A DNA stretch of 64,000 nt from positions 2,347 to 66,346 of the forward strand of contig CAZCSM010000006.1 of assembly GCA_964501355.1 (NCBI GenBank), read 5' to 3'. Position 1 is the first letter of the stretch. Every line of letters begins with the position of its first letter. Below the pieces are notes generated by a model. That model was given only the letters and a program-made list of their open reading frames with translations, ran no database searches and was not told the DNA's origin. The position numbers were made by a program, and so were the translations under genes. Below, piece by piece: positions 1 through 9,470 of the stretch. This DNA is from an uncultured Candidatus Saccharibacteria bacterium (GTDB lineage: Bacteria > Patescibacteriota > Dojkabacteria > CAZCSM01).

Positions 1-504
1 CAGACTTTAATCAAGATAGGTGACGATCCATACGAGTTTCCTTATTTGCAGGTAATGGATAAATTTTCTCAAAAATCAAAAAGTAAGGATGCTATGAGAA
101 AGCCGGGCGTTGTTATCGCCGGAAGCGGAATGTGTACAGGTGGCAGAGTAGTTGGCCACATCAAGAGGAGAATAACAGACCCAAACTCTTCAATCGTTTT
201 TGTTGGATATCAAGCAAAGGATACACTAGGACGACAGATTCAGGAGAATATGGGAACTGTCACTATTGAGGATGTCGAATATATTGTTCGCGCAAAGATT
301 ATAACAATTTCCGGTTTCTCTGCACATGCCGATCAAAATGATCTTGTAAAATGGATTACGCGATTTGACAAGGACAGACTTAAGAAACTTTTTTTAGTTC
401 ATGGAGAAGAAGATTCATTGAATAATCTTGAAAAATTGGTTGAGAGCGAACTCGATACAGATATTTATATTCCAAAGATGGGGGAATCTTTTACTTTAGA
501 TTAA
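1..504 (+). CDS. C-terminal part of a metallo-beta-lactamase-fold (beta-CASP-like) RNA-metabolising hydrolase. The gene begins upstream of the window.
   Basis: The reading frame is open from base 1. The tail contains ISGFSAHADQNDL and LVHGEEDS, typical of the beta-CASP/RNase J-CPSF family C-terminus. Confidence 0.5.
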   Translation, partial: QTLIKIGDDPYEFPYLQVMDKFSQKSKSKDAMRKPGVVIAGSGMCTGGRVVGHIKRRITDPNSSIVFVGYQAKDTLGRQIQENMGTVTIEDVEYIVRAKIITISGFSAHADQNDLVKWITRFDKDRLKKLFLVHGEEDSLNNLEKLVESELDTDIYIPKMGESFTLD

Positions 505-510
505 ATACAT

Positions 511-1437
511 ATGAATCAGGTAGAGCGGATTATAGAAGATATAAAAAGTTTAAAAGTTCAAGGTGCAACTAATGTTGCGAAAGCTTGTTTGGAAGGTGTA
601 AAGGTTTTTGCAAACATGTACGAGGGTACAAACTCCGATGAGTTTTTAAATGAACTGAAAGTTGTCGCTTGGAAACTTGCAAGCTCAAGGCCAACTGAGC
701 CGTTGGCACGAAACCTGATTCGGTATGTTTTATCAAACATAACCGCTGATGATATAAACCAAATTCGTGATGTACAACTTGACGATTTGATAATGTCTGC
801 ATATCAAATGATAGAAAGTGCAAAGGTCGAGATAGTACAAAATGGTACAGATTTACTTCGAAACGTTGATGCAATATTGACGCATTGTCATTCTTCCACC
901 GCGACCAATATTATCAAGGGAGTTCATTCAAACTTCCCAGAGCTGAAGGTTTTTGCAACAGAAACGCGCCCTAGATATCAGGGTCGAATTACAGCGAAAG
1001 AGCTTTTAAGTGCGGGGATAGATACAACACTCGTTGTAGATTCTGCTTCATCAATGTTCATCACCTCAACCAAGCAGCCTGATGTTGATGCAATCATTAT
1101 TGGTTGCGATGAAATAACAAAAAGAGGTTCCGCAATAAATAAAATAGGTTCTCTAGATATTGCTCTTGCTGCGAAGTATGCTGGAAAACCCTTATATGTT
1201 GCTTCTTCTTTATTGAAGCTGGATCTTTCAACTGAAGATTTTGAGCCGACAATCGAGCTTCGTGATGCTCATGAAGTTTGGCCGGAAGCACCAGAAGGAT
1301 TGGAAATCGTAAATCCTGCATTTGAGATGGTTCCGCATTCACTCGTTACAGGATTCATTACTGAAGTCGGTGTTGTTATCCCTCAGGAATTACTTATTCG
1401 GGCCGAGGAAAAATACCCTTGGATGAAAGGTTATTAA
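511..1437 (+). CDS. eIF-2B alpha/beta/delta family protein, likely ribose-1,5-bisphosphate isomerase
   Basis: 308 aa with the IF-2B-like fold motifs GATNVAKACLEG, IIGCDEI and GSAINKIGS. It sits directly upstream of an AMP-phosphorylase-like gene. Confidence 0.6.
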   Translation: MNQVERIIEDIKSLKVQGATNVAKACLEGVKVFANMYEGTNSDEFLNELKVVAWKLASSRPTEPLARNLIRYVLSNITADDINQIRDVQLDDLIMSAYQMIESAKVEIVQNGTDLLRNVDAILTHCHSSTATNIIKGVHSNFPELKVFATETRPRYQGRITAKELLSAGIDTTLVVDSASSMFITSTKQPDVDAIIIGCDEITKRGSAINKIGSLDIALAAKYAGKPLYVASSLLKLDLSTEDFEPTIELRDAHEVWPEAPEGLEIVNPAFEMVPHSLVTGFITEVGVVIPQELLIRAEEKYPWMKGY

Positions 1438-1510
1438 TTTTGGCTTGTGATTTATTAACTTTTCTGTACTATATTGTTCTGGGAGTTTTAATTTAGGGAA
1501 TTTTGTTACT

Positions 1511-3013
1511 ATGGTTTTTTATCTTCGTGCAAAAAAGTTGGATGTGACTACTGGTGACATCTTAATCGCTACAATTAATGAAAAAGATGCTGAATTGCAT
1601 GGAGTTCGTGCCGGACAGAGTGTTCAGATTGGTTGGGGGCGAAATACCATGGTTGCAACAATTAATGTTACCGATACAGAAGTACAACCGGGAGAAGTTG
1701 GATTTTTCGAAGATGCTTGGGATCGATTTGAGGCAACTGAGGGAGATCCTTACGAAATTGTTCAAATACAAATATTACAATCTCCGGAATCTGTTAAGCA
1801 TATAATTAAGAAGCTAAAGGGTGGGAAACTCAATTTTGAGGAGATGTACGAAATAATGAAAGATATCTCGACTCATCGTTTAGGTACAATTGAAACAACA
1901 TACTTTGCCGCATGCGGATATAACCCAGGGTTTGACGAGGAAGAAATCTACTTTGCTACAAAAGCAATGGCGGAAACCGGCGACATGTTACGATTTGAAG
2001 GGATTGTTGCTGATAAGCATTCGGTTGGTGGTGTTCCTGGAAAAGGAGTAACCCCGATTGTTGTTCCAATCATAGCTACGGCTGGATTGATTGTTCCGAA
2101 CACTTCAACTCGAGCAATTACTTCTGCTAGTGCAACAACAGATATGTTGGAGGTGATTATGCCAATGGTTTTCACAAAAGAGCAAATTGAGGCTATGGTA
2201 ATGAAAACTGGTGCTTGTATGGTATGGGGTGGGGGACTTGAACTTGCACCTGCAGATGATGAGATGATTCGCGTTGAGAAACCTCTGAAGATTGAATCTT
2301 TCGATAAATTTGTGATTAGTATTTTGGCAAAGAAAGTTGCTCCAGGTATCCAATATCAACTTATCGATCTTCCATATGGTCCGGGAACAAAAATAAAAAA
2401 TCCTGACGATATTGAATATGTTGAGAAGTTGTTTAAGGAAATATCGGCCAAATTCGGTATCAAATTGGAGGTTTATAAAAGAAAACCTGTTGGTCCTGAT
2501 GGAAATGCAATTGGTCCAACATTAGAATGTCGAGAATTTCTACGAGTCCTTGAGCAAGATCCTGCACGAAGTCTTCAGCTCGAAAAGGTGTCTTTGGATA
2601 TGGCGGGAATGATTTTGGAAATGACGGGAAGAGCTGAGTCTGGAAAAGGCTTTGATATGGCCAAGGAAATATTAATTTCTGGAAAGGCACTGCAAAAATT
2701 TAAAGAGATTATTGAGGTTCAGGGCGGGAATCCCAACGTCGTATCTTCTGATTTGAGATTTGGTCCTTTGTCATACGATATAATTTCTCAAAAGACGGGA
2801 ACGATCCAGTTCATTGATAACAAGCGGGCGATGGATGTTTGTCGAGGATTGGGGAATCCGTATATTAAAGAATCCGGAATCTATTTCTATAAATCTCCTG
2901 GCCAGACGGTAAGTGTTGGTGAAAAGGTTGCGACGATTTATGCAACGACCCAGACGCGCTTGGAAATTGGAAAGGGCGTGTGGATGGAAAATGAGATTAT
3001 TAAGATAGTTTAA
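1511..3013 (+). CDS. AMP phosphorylase (thymidine phosphorylase family with an N-terminal extension)
   Basis: 500 aa. Pyrimidine-nucleoside phosphorylase motifs HSVGGVPGKGVTP and TSTRAITSASATTDMLE. The roughly 90-aa N-terminal extension is typical of archaeal-type AMPpase. Confidence 0.65.
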   Translation: MVFYLRAKKLDVTTGDILIATINEKDAELHGVRAGQSVQIGWGRNTMVATINVTDTEVQPGEVGFFEDAWDRFEATEGDPYEIVQIQILQSPESVKHIIKKLKGGKLNFEEMYEIMKDISTHRLGTIETTYFAACGYNPGFDEEEIYFATKAMAETGDMLRFEGIVADKHSVGGVPGKGVTPIVVPIIATAGLIVPNTSTRAITSASATTDMLEVIMPMVFTKEQIEAMVMKTGACMVWGGGLELAPADDEMIRVEKPLKIESFDKFVISILAKKVAPGIQYQLIDLPYGPGTKIKNPDDIEYVEKLFKEISAKFGIKLEVYKRKPVGPDGNAIGPTLECREFLRVLEQDPARSLQLEKVSLDMAGMILEMTGRAESGKGFDMAKEILISGKALQKFKEIIEVQGGNPNVVSSDLRFGPLSYDIISQKTGTIQFIDNKRAMDVCRGLGNPYIKESGIYFYKSPGQTVSVGEKVATIYATTQTRLEIGKGVWMENEIIKIV

Positions 3014-3036
3014 TAATCATAAATATTATATAATGC

Positions 3037-3063
3037 AGAAGAACCTTTAATTAGGTTCTTTTG
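3037..3063 (+). terminator. Rho-independent terminator after the AMPpase gene
   Basis: Hairpin agaacct-ttaatt-aggttct followed by TTTT. A second 9-bp hairpin, gttcctttt/aaaaggaac, lies at 3083-3106. Confidence 0.5.
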
Positions 3064-3230
3064 TTTGAAGAATAAAAGTTATGTTCCTTTTGACACCAAA
3101 AGGAACCAAAAGTGCTGAAACAACCCAAATCCAACAAATAGCAACCTTTTACACATAGCTACCGGAATGGGTTGTTCCAGACCTCGGCGGCTAACAACAA
3201 AAAGCAAATAACAAAGGGGATAAGAACAAT

Positions 3231-4160
3231 ATGAAAGTAAATTTTAGCTGGAACAATTTAAAAAAAGGATTTATTGCGCTTGCTCCTATGGCGGGGATCA
3301 CGGATTCTCCGTTTAGGGAGGTCTGTCGTTCCTATGGGGCGGATGTTGTGTTTACAGAATTTGTACATGTTCGCGGTGTTGCGGCTAGAAATGAGAAAAC
3401 TTTAAAACTTTTAAACTATAAAGATGAAGAGCGACCTGTAATTGCCCAGATATTCGGAAAAGAACCAGAGTATTTTCATAAAGCGGCAAAGGTTATTGAG
3501 GAACTTGGTTTTGATGGCGTTGATATCAATATGGGTTGTCCGGCTAGGAAAGTTAAAGAACATGGTTCCGGCTCAGCACTGCTTAAAGATTTGAACCTAG
3601 CAAAAGAGATTGTCATCGCAACAAAAGAAGCGGTTTCGCTCCCTGTTAGCGTAAAAACACGCTTGGGTACAAATGAATACGAAGGATTGGCTTTCACACA
3701 AGGTTTGGTTGAAGCCGGTGCGGATCTACTAACAATCCATGGGCGAACTGTTGGTCAACAATTTGGGGGCATCGCAGATCTTGACGCCATCGCTGATATT
3801 GCGAAGTCGGTCAACATTCCTGTAATCGGAAATGGTGATGTTGTGGATTATTCTTCATATCGTAAAATGATGGAAACTGGGTGTTTTGGTGTAATGATTG
3901 GTCGTGGAGCGTATGGAAATCCTTGGATTTTCAAATCGATTAAAGACAGGAAGGACTATGCGCCATCGATTGAAGAGTTAAAGAAAGAAATCTTGCACCA
4001 TGCATCTTTAGTTGAGAATTTTTTAGATGGGGATTTTCTGCCATTTCGAAAACACCTTGCATGGTATGTCAAGGGCTTACAAAATGCACGGAGCATTCGT
4101 GCAGAGCTAGTACAAATAAATAATTATTCTGATATACTGAAAATAATAGAGAAACTTTAA
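3231..4160 (+). CDS. dus: tRNA-dihydrouridine synthase
   Basis: DUS family TIM-barrel with flavin-binding motifs LAPMAGITDSPFR, NMGCP and IHGRT. Confidence 0.8.
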   Translation: MKVNFSWNNLKKGFIALAPMAGITDSPFREVCRSYGADVVFTEFVHVRGVAARNEKTLKLLNYKDEERPVIAQIFGKEPEYFHKAAKVIEELGFDGVDINMGCPARKVKEHGSGSALLKDLNLAKEIVIATKEAVSLPVSVKTRLGTNEYEGLAFTQGLVEAGADLLTIHGRTVGQQFGGIADLDAIADIAKSVNIPVIGNGDVVDYSSYRKMMETGCFGVMIGRGAYGNPWIFKSIKDRKDYAPSIEELKKEILHHASLVENFLDGDFLPFRKHLAWYVKGLQNARSIRAELVQINNYSDILKIIEKL

Positions 4161-4172
4161 AAATTTATCAAT

Positions 4173-5294
4173 ATGAGTAATCAAAAACGTGGATTTGGTA
4201 GGGGACATAACTTAAGTATCGGTATTGTTGGACTTCCTAATGTCGGAAAATCGACCTTGTTCAATGCTCTTACAAATATTAACGTCCCAGCAGAGAATTA
4301 TCCGTTTTGTACAATTGATCCTAACATAGGTATCGTTCAAGTTCCTGACGAACGACTTAATGTTCTGGCAAAGATTGTTGAGCCGGATAAAATAGTAAAT
4401 GCCGTTGTTAAATTTGTCGATATTGCCGGTCTTGTAAAAGGTGCGTCAAAAGGGGAGGGTCTTGGAAATCAATTCTTATCAAATATTCGTGAAGTTGATG
4501 CAATTGCTCATGTTATTCGATTCTTCAAAGACGATAATGTGATTCATGTTAGTAATAAAGTCGACCCGAAGGACGATGTCGAGGTCATAGAAACGGAGCT
4601 GGCCTTAAAAGATCTTGAAACTGTTGAAAAAAGATTTTCCGGATTGCAAAAAGTTCTAAAGACAGCAAAGGATGATTCTCTCGAAGCAACTGAATTTCGT
4701 GCACTGGAAAAAATAAAAGTTGTGTTGGAAGATGGCGCTTGTGCAAGAGATGTTGATTTGACCGATGATGAATATAATGTTCTCCGAAATCTCGGTTTGC
4801 TTACACTCAAGCCGATTATTTATGTTTTTAATACAAATGATTTGACAGTGGATATCGAGGAGATGAAAAAAACTGCCGGCATCGGAGAAAGTGAGTTGGC
4901 GATTAAACTTGATATCAAAATGGAATCTGATCTTACCGAAATGACTGATGATGAACGTGAGCTTTTTATGGAAGAACTCGGAATGGAAGAATCGGGATTA
5001 GAATCTCTCGCAAGAGCTTGCTACAATCTCTTGGGTCTACAGTCTTACTTTACCGCTGGAAAGATGGAAGTAAAGGCCTGGACTATTAATTCGGGAGAAA
5101 CCGCTCCACAGGCTGCCGGTAGAATTCATGGCGACTTTGAGAAAAAGTTTATTTGTGCAGAAGTCGTTGGATATAATGATTTTGTAGAATTTAACGGTTG
5201 GAACGGGGCAAGAGAAAAAGGAAAGTTGCGGATGGAGGGTAAGGACTACATTGTGAAAGACGGTGACATTATGGTGTTCAGACATGGTGCATAG
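4173..5294 (+). CDS. ychF: Ribosome-binding ATPase YchF (Obg-family GTPase)
   Basis: P-loop GIVGLPNVGKSTLFNALT and a C-terminal TGS-like domain, in a 373-aa protein. Confidence 0.85.
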   Translation: MSNQKRGFGRGHNLSIGIVGLPNVGKSTLFNALTNINVPAENYPFCTIDPNIGIVQVPDERLNVLAKIVEPDKIVNAVVKFVDIAGLVKGASKGEGLGNQFLSNIREVDAIAHVIRFFKDDNVIHVSNKVDPKDDVEVIETELALKDLETVEKRFSGLQKVLKTAKDDSLEATEFRALEKIKVVLEDGACARDVDLTDDEYNVLRNLGLLTLKPIIYVFNTNDLTVDIEEMKKTAGIGESELAIKLDIKMESDLTEMTDDERELFMEELGMEESGLESLARACYNLLGLQSYFTAGKMEVKAWTINSGETAPQAAGRIHGDFEKKFICAEVVGYNDFVEFNGWNGAREKGKLRMEGKDYIVKDGDIMVFRHGA

Positions 5295-5393
5295 TTTCTT
5301 TTTGGGTATTGTGAAATCTATTTTCATGTGGTAAACTACGCGAAGTTATGAAGTTATTTATAATAATCTATTTTTAGTTTGAGACGAGGGTAA

Positions 5394-5702
5394 ATGAACA
5401 AGTACGAAGTAATGGCAGTTTTAAAACCTCTTTTGCCAGATGATATTCGCAGAGGTACAATGGAAAAGATTGAGAAAACGGTAAAATCTCTAAAAGGTAA
5501 AGTCGTTGCATCCGAAGTTTGGGGCAAAAGACATTTAGCATATGAAATCTCCGGTCACTCTGATGGTTATTATGTTTTGTGGGGTATTGAACTTCCTGCA
5601 GAAGGTGTTGCAAAATTGGATAATGATATTAGACTTAATTCAGAAATCTTAAGACATATTATCTTGAGAACTGAAGAGTTTAATTTGACAGAGATTAAAT
5701 AA
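5394..5702 (+). CDS. rpsF: 30S ribosomal protein S6
   Basis: MNKYEVMAVLKP start, about 100 aa, first gene of the conserved rpsF-ssb-rpsR cluster. Confidence 0.85.
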   Translation: MNKYEVMAVLKPLLPDDIRRGTMEKIEKTVKSLKGKVVASEVWGKRHLAYEISGHSDGYYVLWGIELPAEGVAKLDNDIRLNSEILRHIILRTEEFNLTEIK

Positions 5703-5745
5703 GAATCTTTATTATCGTTTAAATTGATTTATTTAGTAAAAAGAG

Positions 5746-6195
5746 ATGATGTCAGCAAGATCGTTAAACAAAGTGATGCTAATCGGAAATCTTACAAGAG
5801 ATCCGGAAATGAGACAAACACCAAGTGGTGCAGCCGTTTGTACGTTCGGACTAGCTACAAATAGTGTTTGGAAAACTTCTGATGGAGTTGTTGAAGAATC
5901 TACGGAATTTCACAATATAGTTTGCTGGAATAAATTGGCTGAGATTTGCAATCAGCTTCTTAGGAAGGGTATGAAAGTTTATGTTGAAGGAGAACTTCGA
6001 ACAAGAACTTGGGAAGATGAGACGGGCGTCAAGAAATGGAAAACAGAAATTAAGATCTCTGATATGATTCTTCTTGATAACAAAGGCAAGATATCAGATG
6101 CCGTTGTTGATGAAGTTGAAGAAGAGGATGAAGATGTTAAGGAAACTAATGATTCAGGTGAAGATGAAGTAAAACCTGAAGACGTATTATTTTAA
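5746..6195 (+). CDS. ssb: Single-stranded DNA-binding protein
   Basis: OB-fold start MLIGNLTRDPEMR.TPSG and an acidic C-terminal tail ending DVLF. Confidence 0.85.
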   Translation: MMSARSLNKVMLIGNLTRDPEMRQTPSGAAVCTFGLATNSVWKTSDGVVEESTEFHNIVCWNKLAEICNQLLRKGMKVYVEGELRTRTWEDETGVKKWKTEIKISDMILLDNKGKISDAVVDEVEEEDEDVKETNDSGEDEVKPEDVLF

Positions 6196-6212
6196 GTGAT
6201 TTGATAAGGTAA

Positions 6213-6464
6213 ATGGTCAAGAAGAAATTTAACAAAAAAAGAAATTCCTACATGTATAAAAACTTGAAATGCTCGCTTTGTGAAAGCGGTATTGATGGTT
6301 TGTCATACAAAGATGTATACAGATTGAAAAAGTTTGTGACATCAAGAGGAAGAATTCTTCCTAGAAAGAGAACTGGAACCTGCGCAAAACATCAAAAGCA
6401 AGTGACGGAAGCTGTAAAGTTAGCAAGACACGTTGCACTTCTTCCTTTCTCTGATGCAGAATAA
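6213..6464 (+). CDS. rpsR: 30S ribosomal protein S18
   Basis: [19 protein letters not shown]...ARHVALLPF is a canonical bS18 sequence. Confidence 0.9.
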   Translation: MVKKKFNKKRNSYMYKNLKCSLCESGIDGLSYKDVYRLKKFVTSRGRILPRKRTGTCAKHQKQVTEAVKLARHVALLPFSDAE

Positions 6465-6466
6465 AG

Positions 6467-7249
6467 TTGCATAACAACGACACTGTTTTTAAAATGAAAG
6501 TTAATCTGCCCTTAGCTTTTCCTGTTAAAATTAGGTTTATAATATACAGAGATTCTCTCTGTATATTTTTGTTTTCCCCAAAAAGCTTTTTCAAAAGAGA
6601 ATTTAACTTTCGGCTAACTTCCGATTTCTGGTTTAACCCGGATTCTCAGATTGAATACATTCTACAATTCATCAAATTGATTGAAAAGGATCTCGACTTT
6701 CAGATTCTTCTCAACGGGAAGCTGATTCCGTCCGAGTTATCTCCTGAAATCGATTCTTACAAACTGATTGTTAGAAAAGATAAACTTCTTGTGCAGGATA
6801 TTCTTCCATTTTTTGATTCTGTGGTTGAGCGAAACTTCCAAGGGTTTTCTCCGTATCTTGAAAACTTCGACGATGATAACTATTTGTATATAGATTACGA
6901 TGTGGATTTTTTTGGTGTTTTTGCAAGCAACGATTCAAGAAAGATCGGGGGGTATTGGAATCTGGGATACTTGTTTTACGAAAAGCTCGGGCTTGGATCT
7001 TTTTTAGAGCAGAGCGTCTTTGATCTAGATGTTCGTTCCTCGAAAAAAGTCTTCTCGGCTATCACCAATCAAATTAACGATATTCTCGGAAAGCAAAATC
7101 TGAACTTTTCTGATTTCTCAAGATTGTATCTGGGGGGTATTACTTCTGAGTATTTAGATGTTAAGAATAGTGATCTGCGGGTGGAGAATGACTTAGTGAT
7201 AATAGAAGATCAACATTTCGAATTACTGTTAAATCCTGAAAAGAAATGA
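6467..7249 (+). CDS. Hypothetical protein. The real start is probably an internal Met.
   Basis: 260-aa ORF with no recognisable motif. Translationally coupled to the next ORF. Confidence 0.3.
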   Translation: MHNNDTVFKMKVNLPLAFPVKIRFIIYRDSLCIFLFSPKSFFKREFNFRLTSDFWFNPDSQIEYILQFIKLIEKDLDFQILLNGKLIPSELSPEIDSYKLIVRKDKLLVQDILPFFDSVVERNFQGFSPYLENFDDDNYLYIDYDVDFFGVFASNDSRKIGGYWNLGYLFYEKLGLGSFLEQSVFDLDVRSSKKVFSAITNQINDILGKQNLNFSDFSRLYLGGITSEYLDVKNSDLRVENDLVIIEDQHFELLLNPEKK

Positions 7250-8196
7250 TAGAAAGTCTTGTCCCATACAATTCAAATTTAATTCCGATAATAGATAAAT
7301 TGTTTTCTATTCAACTTCCTGTTAAATCAGATATTTTAGTTACTCCTGGAGATAAACTGACACTCAAAGATCCATTGGCAAGCCACGAATACTCACCGAT
7401 TCTAGCATCATTCGATCTGGAAGATGAGTTGTGGAATCTCAAAGTTCTACATGGTGAGCTTGTTGAAAACGGCGCTGTCTTGGCAAAGAAACGTGGTATT
7501 TTTAAATATGATAACGAAGTTATAAAAAGTAATTCGAGCGGAGTTATTGATTTATCAGTTAAAGGAAAATTGTTGATTCGTGAGGATTACAAAGATGAAT
7601 TTATCCCCGCAGGATTTGCGGCTGTGGTTTCAAGCGTTGATAGGCTGAATTTTCGTGTTGAAGTGAATTTATCCGGTGCAGGAATTTCTCCATTATTCGT
7701 TCACAATTTACCAATATCCTTATCTTGTTTGGTCGGAAAAATGGATTCCGAAGTAAAGATCTTATTTCATAAAGAAGATTCATTATTTGATATAAAACTT
7801 GAGACATCATTTGATAAATTAATTATTATTGATTATCTAAAGAAGGATGAGTTCAAATGGGTAATGGAAAATTTGAGCCGATTCACAAATGGCCTGTGTG
7901 TGATTACCAGTGCAACAAATAAACCAAGAATTGAATTAGTCCAAAGACTTTTTGAAAAAGTTGATGGAAATCGTCTATTTCTTGATAATGGAGTTCTGTT
8001 TTCAACTCTCTGGAAATCAAGATTGAAAAGCTATAAATATGCGAAAGTTAGAAAAGGAAGTCTTGTTGTTATAAATCACTTTAATAAAGCTCCGATTTCA
8101 GGTAAAATAATCTCGTTCAAGGGGCTTTATATTCTTGTTGAAACTGAAGATAAAAAGCAAAGATATGCACATTATTTGAATGTATTTAAGGAATGA
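7246..8196 (+). CDS. Hypothetical protein
   Basis: 316-aa ORF overlapping its neighbours by 4 bp on each side (operon-like). No recognisable domain. Confidence 0.3.
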   Translation: MIESLVPYNSNLIPIIDKLFSIQLPVKSDILVTPGDKLTLKDPLASHEYSPILASFDLEDELWNLKVLHGELVENGAVLAKKRGIFKYDNEVIKSNSSGVIDLSVKGKLLIREDYKDEFIPAGFAAVVSSVDRLNFRVEVNLSGAGISPLFVHNLPISLSCLVGKMDSEVKILFHKEDSLFDIKLETSFDKLIIIDYLKKDEFKWVMENLSRFTNGLCVITSATNKPRIELVQRLFEKVDGNRLFLDNGVLFSTLWKSRLKSYKYAKVRKGSLVVINHFNKAPISGKIISFKGLYILVETEDKKQRYAHYLNVFKE

Positions 8197-9431
8197 GAAA
8201 AGAAGATTCAAAGACGCTATATTCGGTTGCAGGTGTTGTAATTGTTTCCCTGGCTACATTTATTTTCGGCTTGTCGCTGGGATTAAAACAAAGTAACGGT
8301 GCAGATACGATAACAAATTACAGGTTAACGGGGCTTCTTCAACCGGAAGAAAAAACGGAAGATTTGGATTTTACACTATTCTGGAACGTTTGGGATATTC
8401 TTGAAAATCATTATGTAGATAGTAATGTCGATGAGAAGCAGATGTTCGAGGGTGCAATAAAGGGTATGGTGTCTTCTCTTGAAGATCCTGCAACCTTATT
8501 TTACTCTTCTGAAGAAACTTCCGAATATGACAGAATAACTGCCGGTAATTTCGAAGGAATCGGTGCAGAACTAGGATATAGAAACAATCAGGTAATAATA
8601 AATTCTCCAATAAAAGGTTTTCCTGCCTTTGATGCTGGTGTAAGAGCAGGGGATTTAATAGTTGAGATTGATGGCGTAAGTACCGAGGGAATGGATATTT
8701 TGGAGGCAGTTATGAAAATTCGTGGAGAGAAAGGCACTGATGTCGTTCTTAAACTTTTGTCGTTAGGAGAAAGTGAACCACACTATACAACAATTACTCG
8801 AGGAACTATTCATGTTGACAGTGTTGCATGGTCGATGAAAGAAAACAACGTTGCTGTAATTGAACTTAGTCGTTTTACTGAAGATACATTGGCAAACTGG
8901 ATGTCACTTTGGGATAAAACTGTGGATGAAGTTGTTGCTCAAAATCCTGATAAATTAATTCTTGATTTAAGAGGGAATACCGGTGGCTACTTTGATGCAG
9001 CAATCTGGGCAGCAAGCGACTTCCTACCAAAGGGATCTGTCGTTTCCTATCAAAAGGATCGGGATGGAAATAATGAGGTTTTCTCTGTGAAGCGAGATGG
9101 AAAATTGTTAGATATCCCAATGATAATTTTAATTGATCAAGGAAGCGCTTCGGCATCGGAGATATTAGCAGGTGCATTGAAACATTATTCAAGAGGAACC
9201 ATTATTGGTGAGGAGTCATATGGAAAAGGTACGGCTCAGCAAATCTTAAACTTAGAGGATGGTTCTACTTTACACATCACAACTCAAAAGTGGTTGCTTC
9301 CAGATCAATCCTGGATTAATCATGAAAATAAGATAACACCTGACATCAAAGTCGAATTCCCACGAGAAGACTTTGAGAAGGGTCTAGATCCTCAAATGGA
9401 TAAAGCACTTGAGGAGATAAAGTCAAAATAA
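8193..9431 (+). CDS. ctpA: Carboxyl-terminal processing (S41) peptidase with PDZ domain
   Basis: N-terminal TM segment, PDZ segment GDLIVEIDGVSTEGM, and the S41 core LILDLRGNTGGY plus ASASEI. Confidence 0.8.
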   Translation: MRKEDSKTLYSVAGVVIVSLATFIFGLSLGLKQSNGADTITNYRLTGLLQPEEKTEDLDFTLFWNVWDILENHYVDSNVDEKQMFEGAIKGMVSSLEDPATLFYSSEETSEYDRITAGNFEGIGAELGYRNNQVIINSPIKGFPAFDAGVRAGDLIVEIDGVSTEGMDILEAVMKIRGEKGTDVVLKLLSLGESEPHYTTITRGTIHVDSVAWSMKENNVAVIELSRFTEDTLANWMSLWDKTVDEVVAQNPDKLILDLRGNTGGYFDAAIWAASDFLPKGSVVSYQKDRDGNNEVFSVKRDGKLLDIPMIILIDQGSASASEILAGALKHYSRGTIIGEESYGKGTAQQILNLEDGSTLHITTQKWLLPDQSWINHENKITPDIKVEFPREDFEKGLDPQMDKALEEIKSK

Positions 9432-9470
9432 GATATATCTTTTGTTGCAATTAATTTAGTTTCTTTCAAC

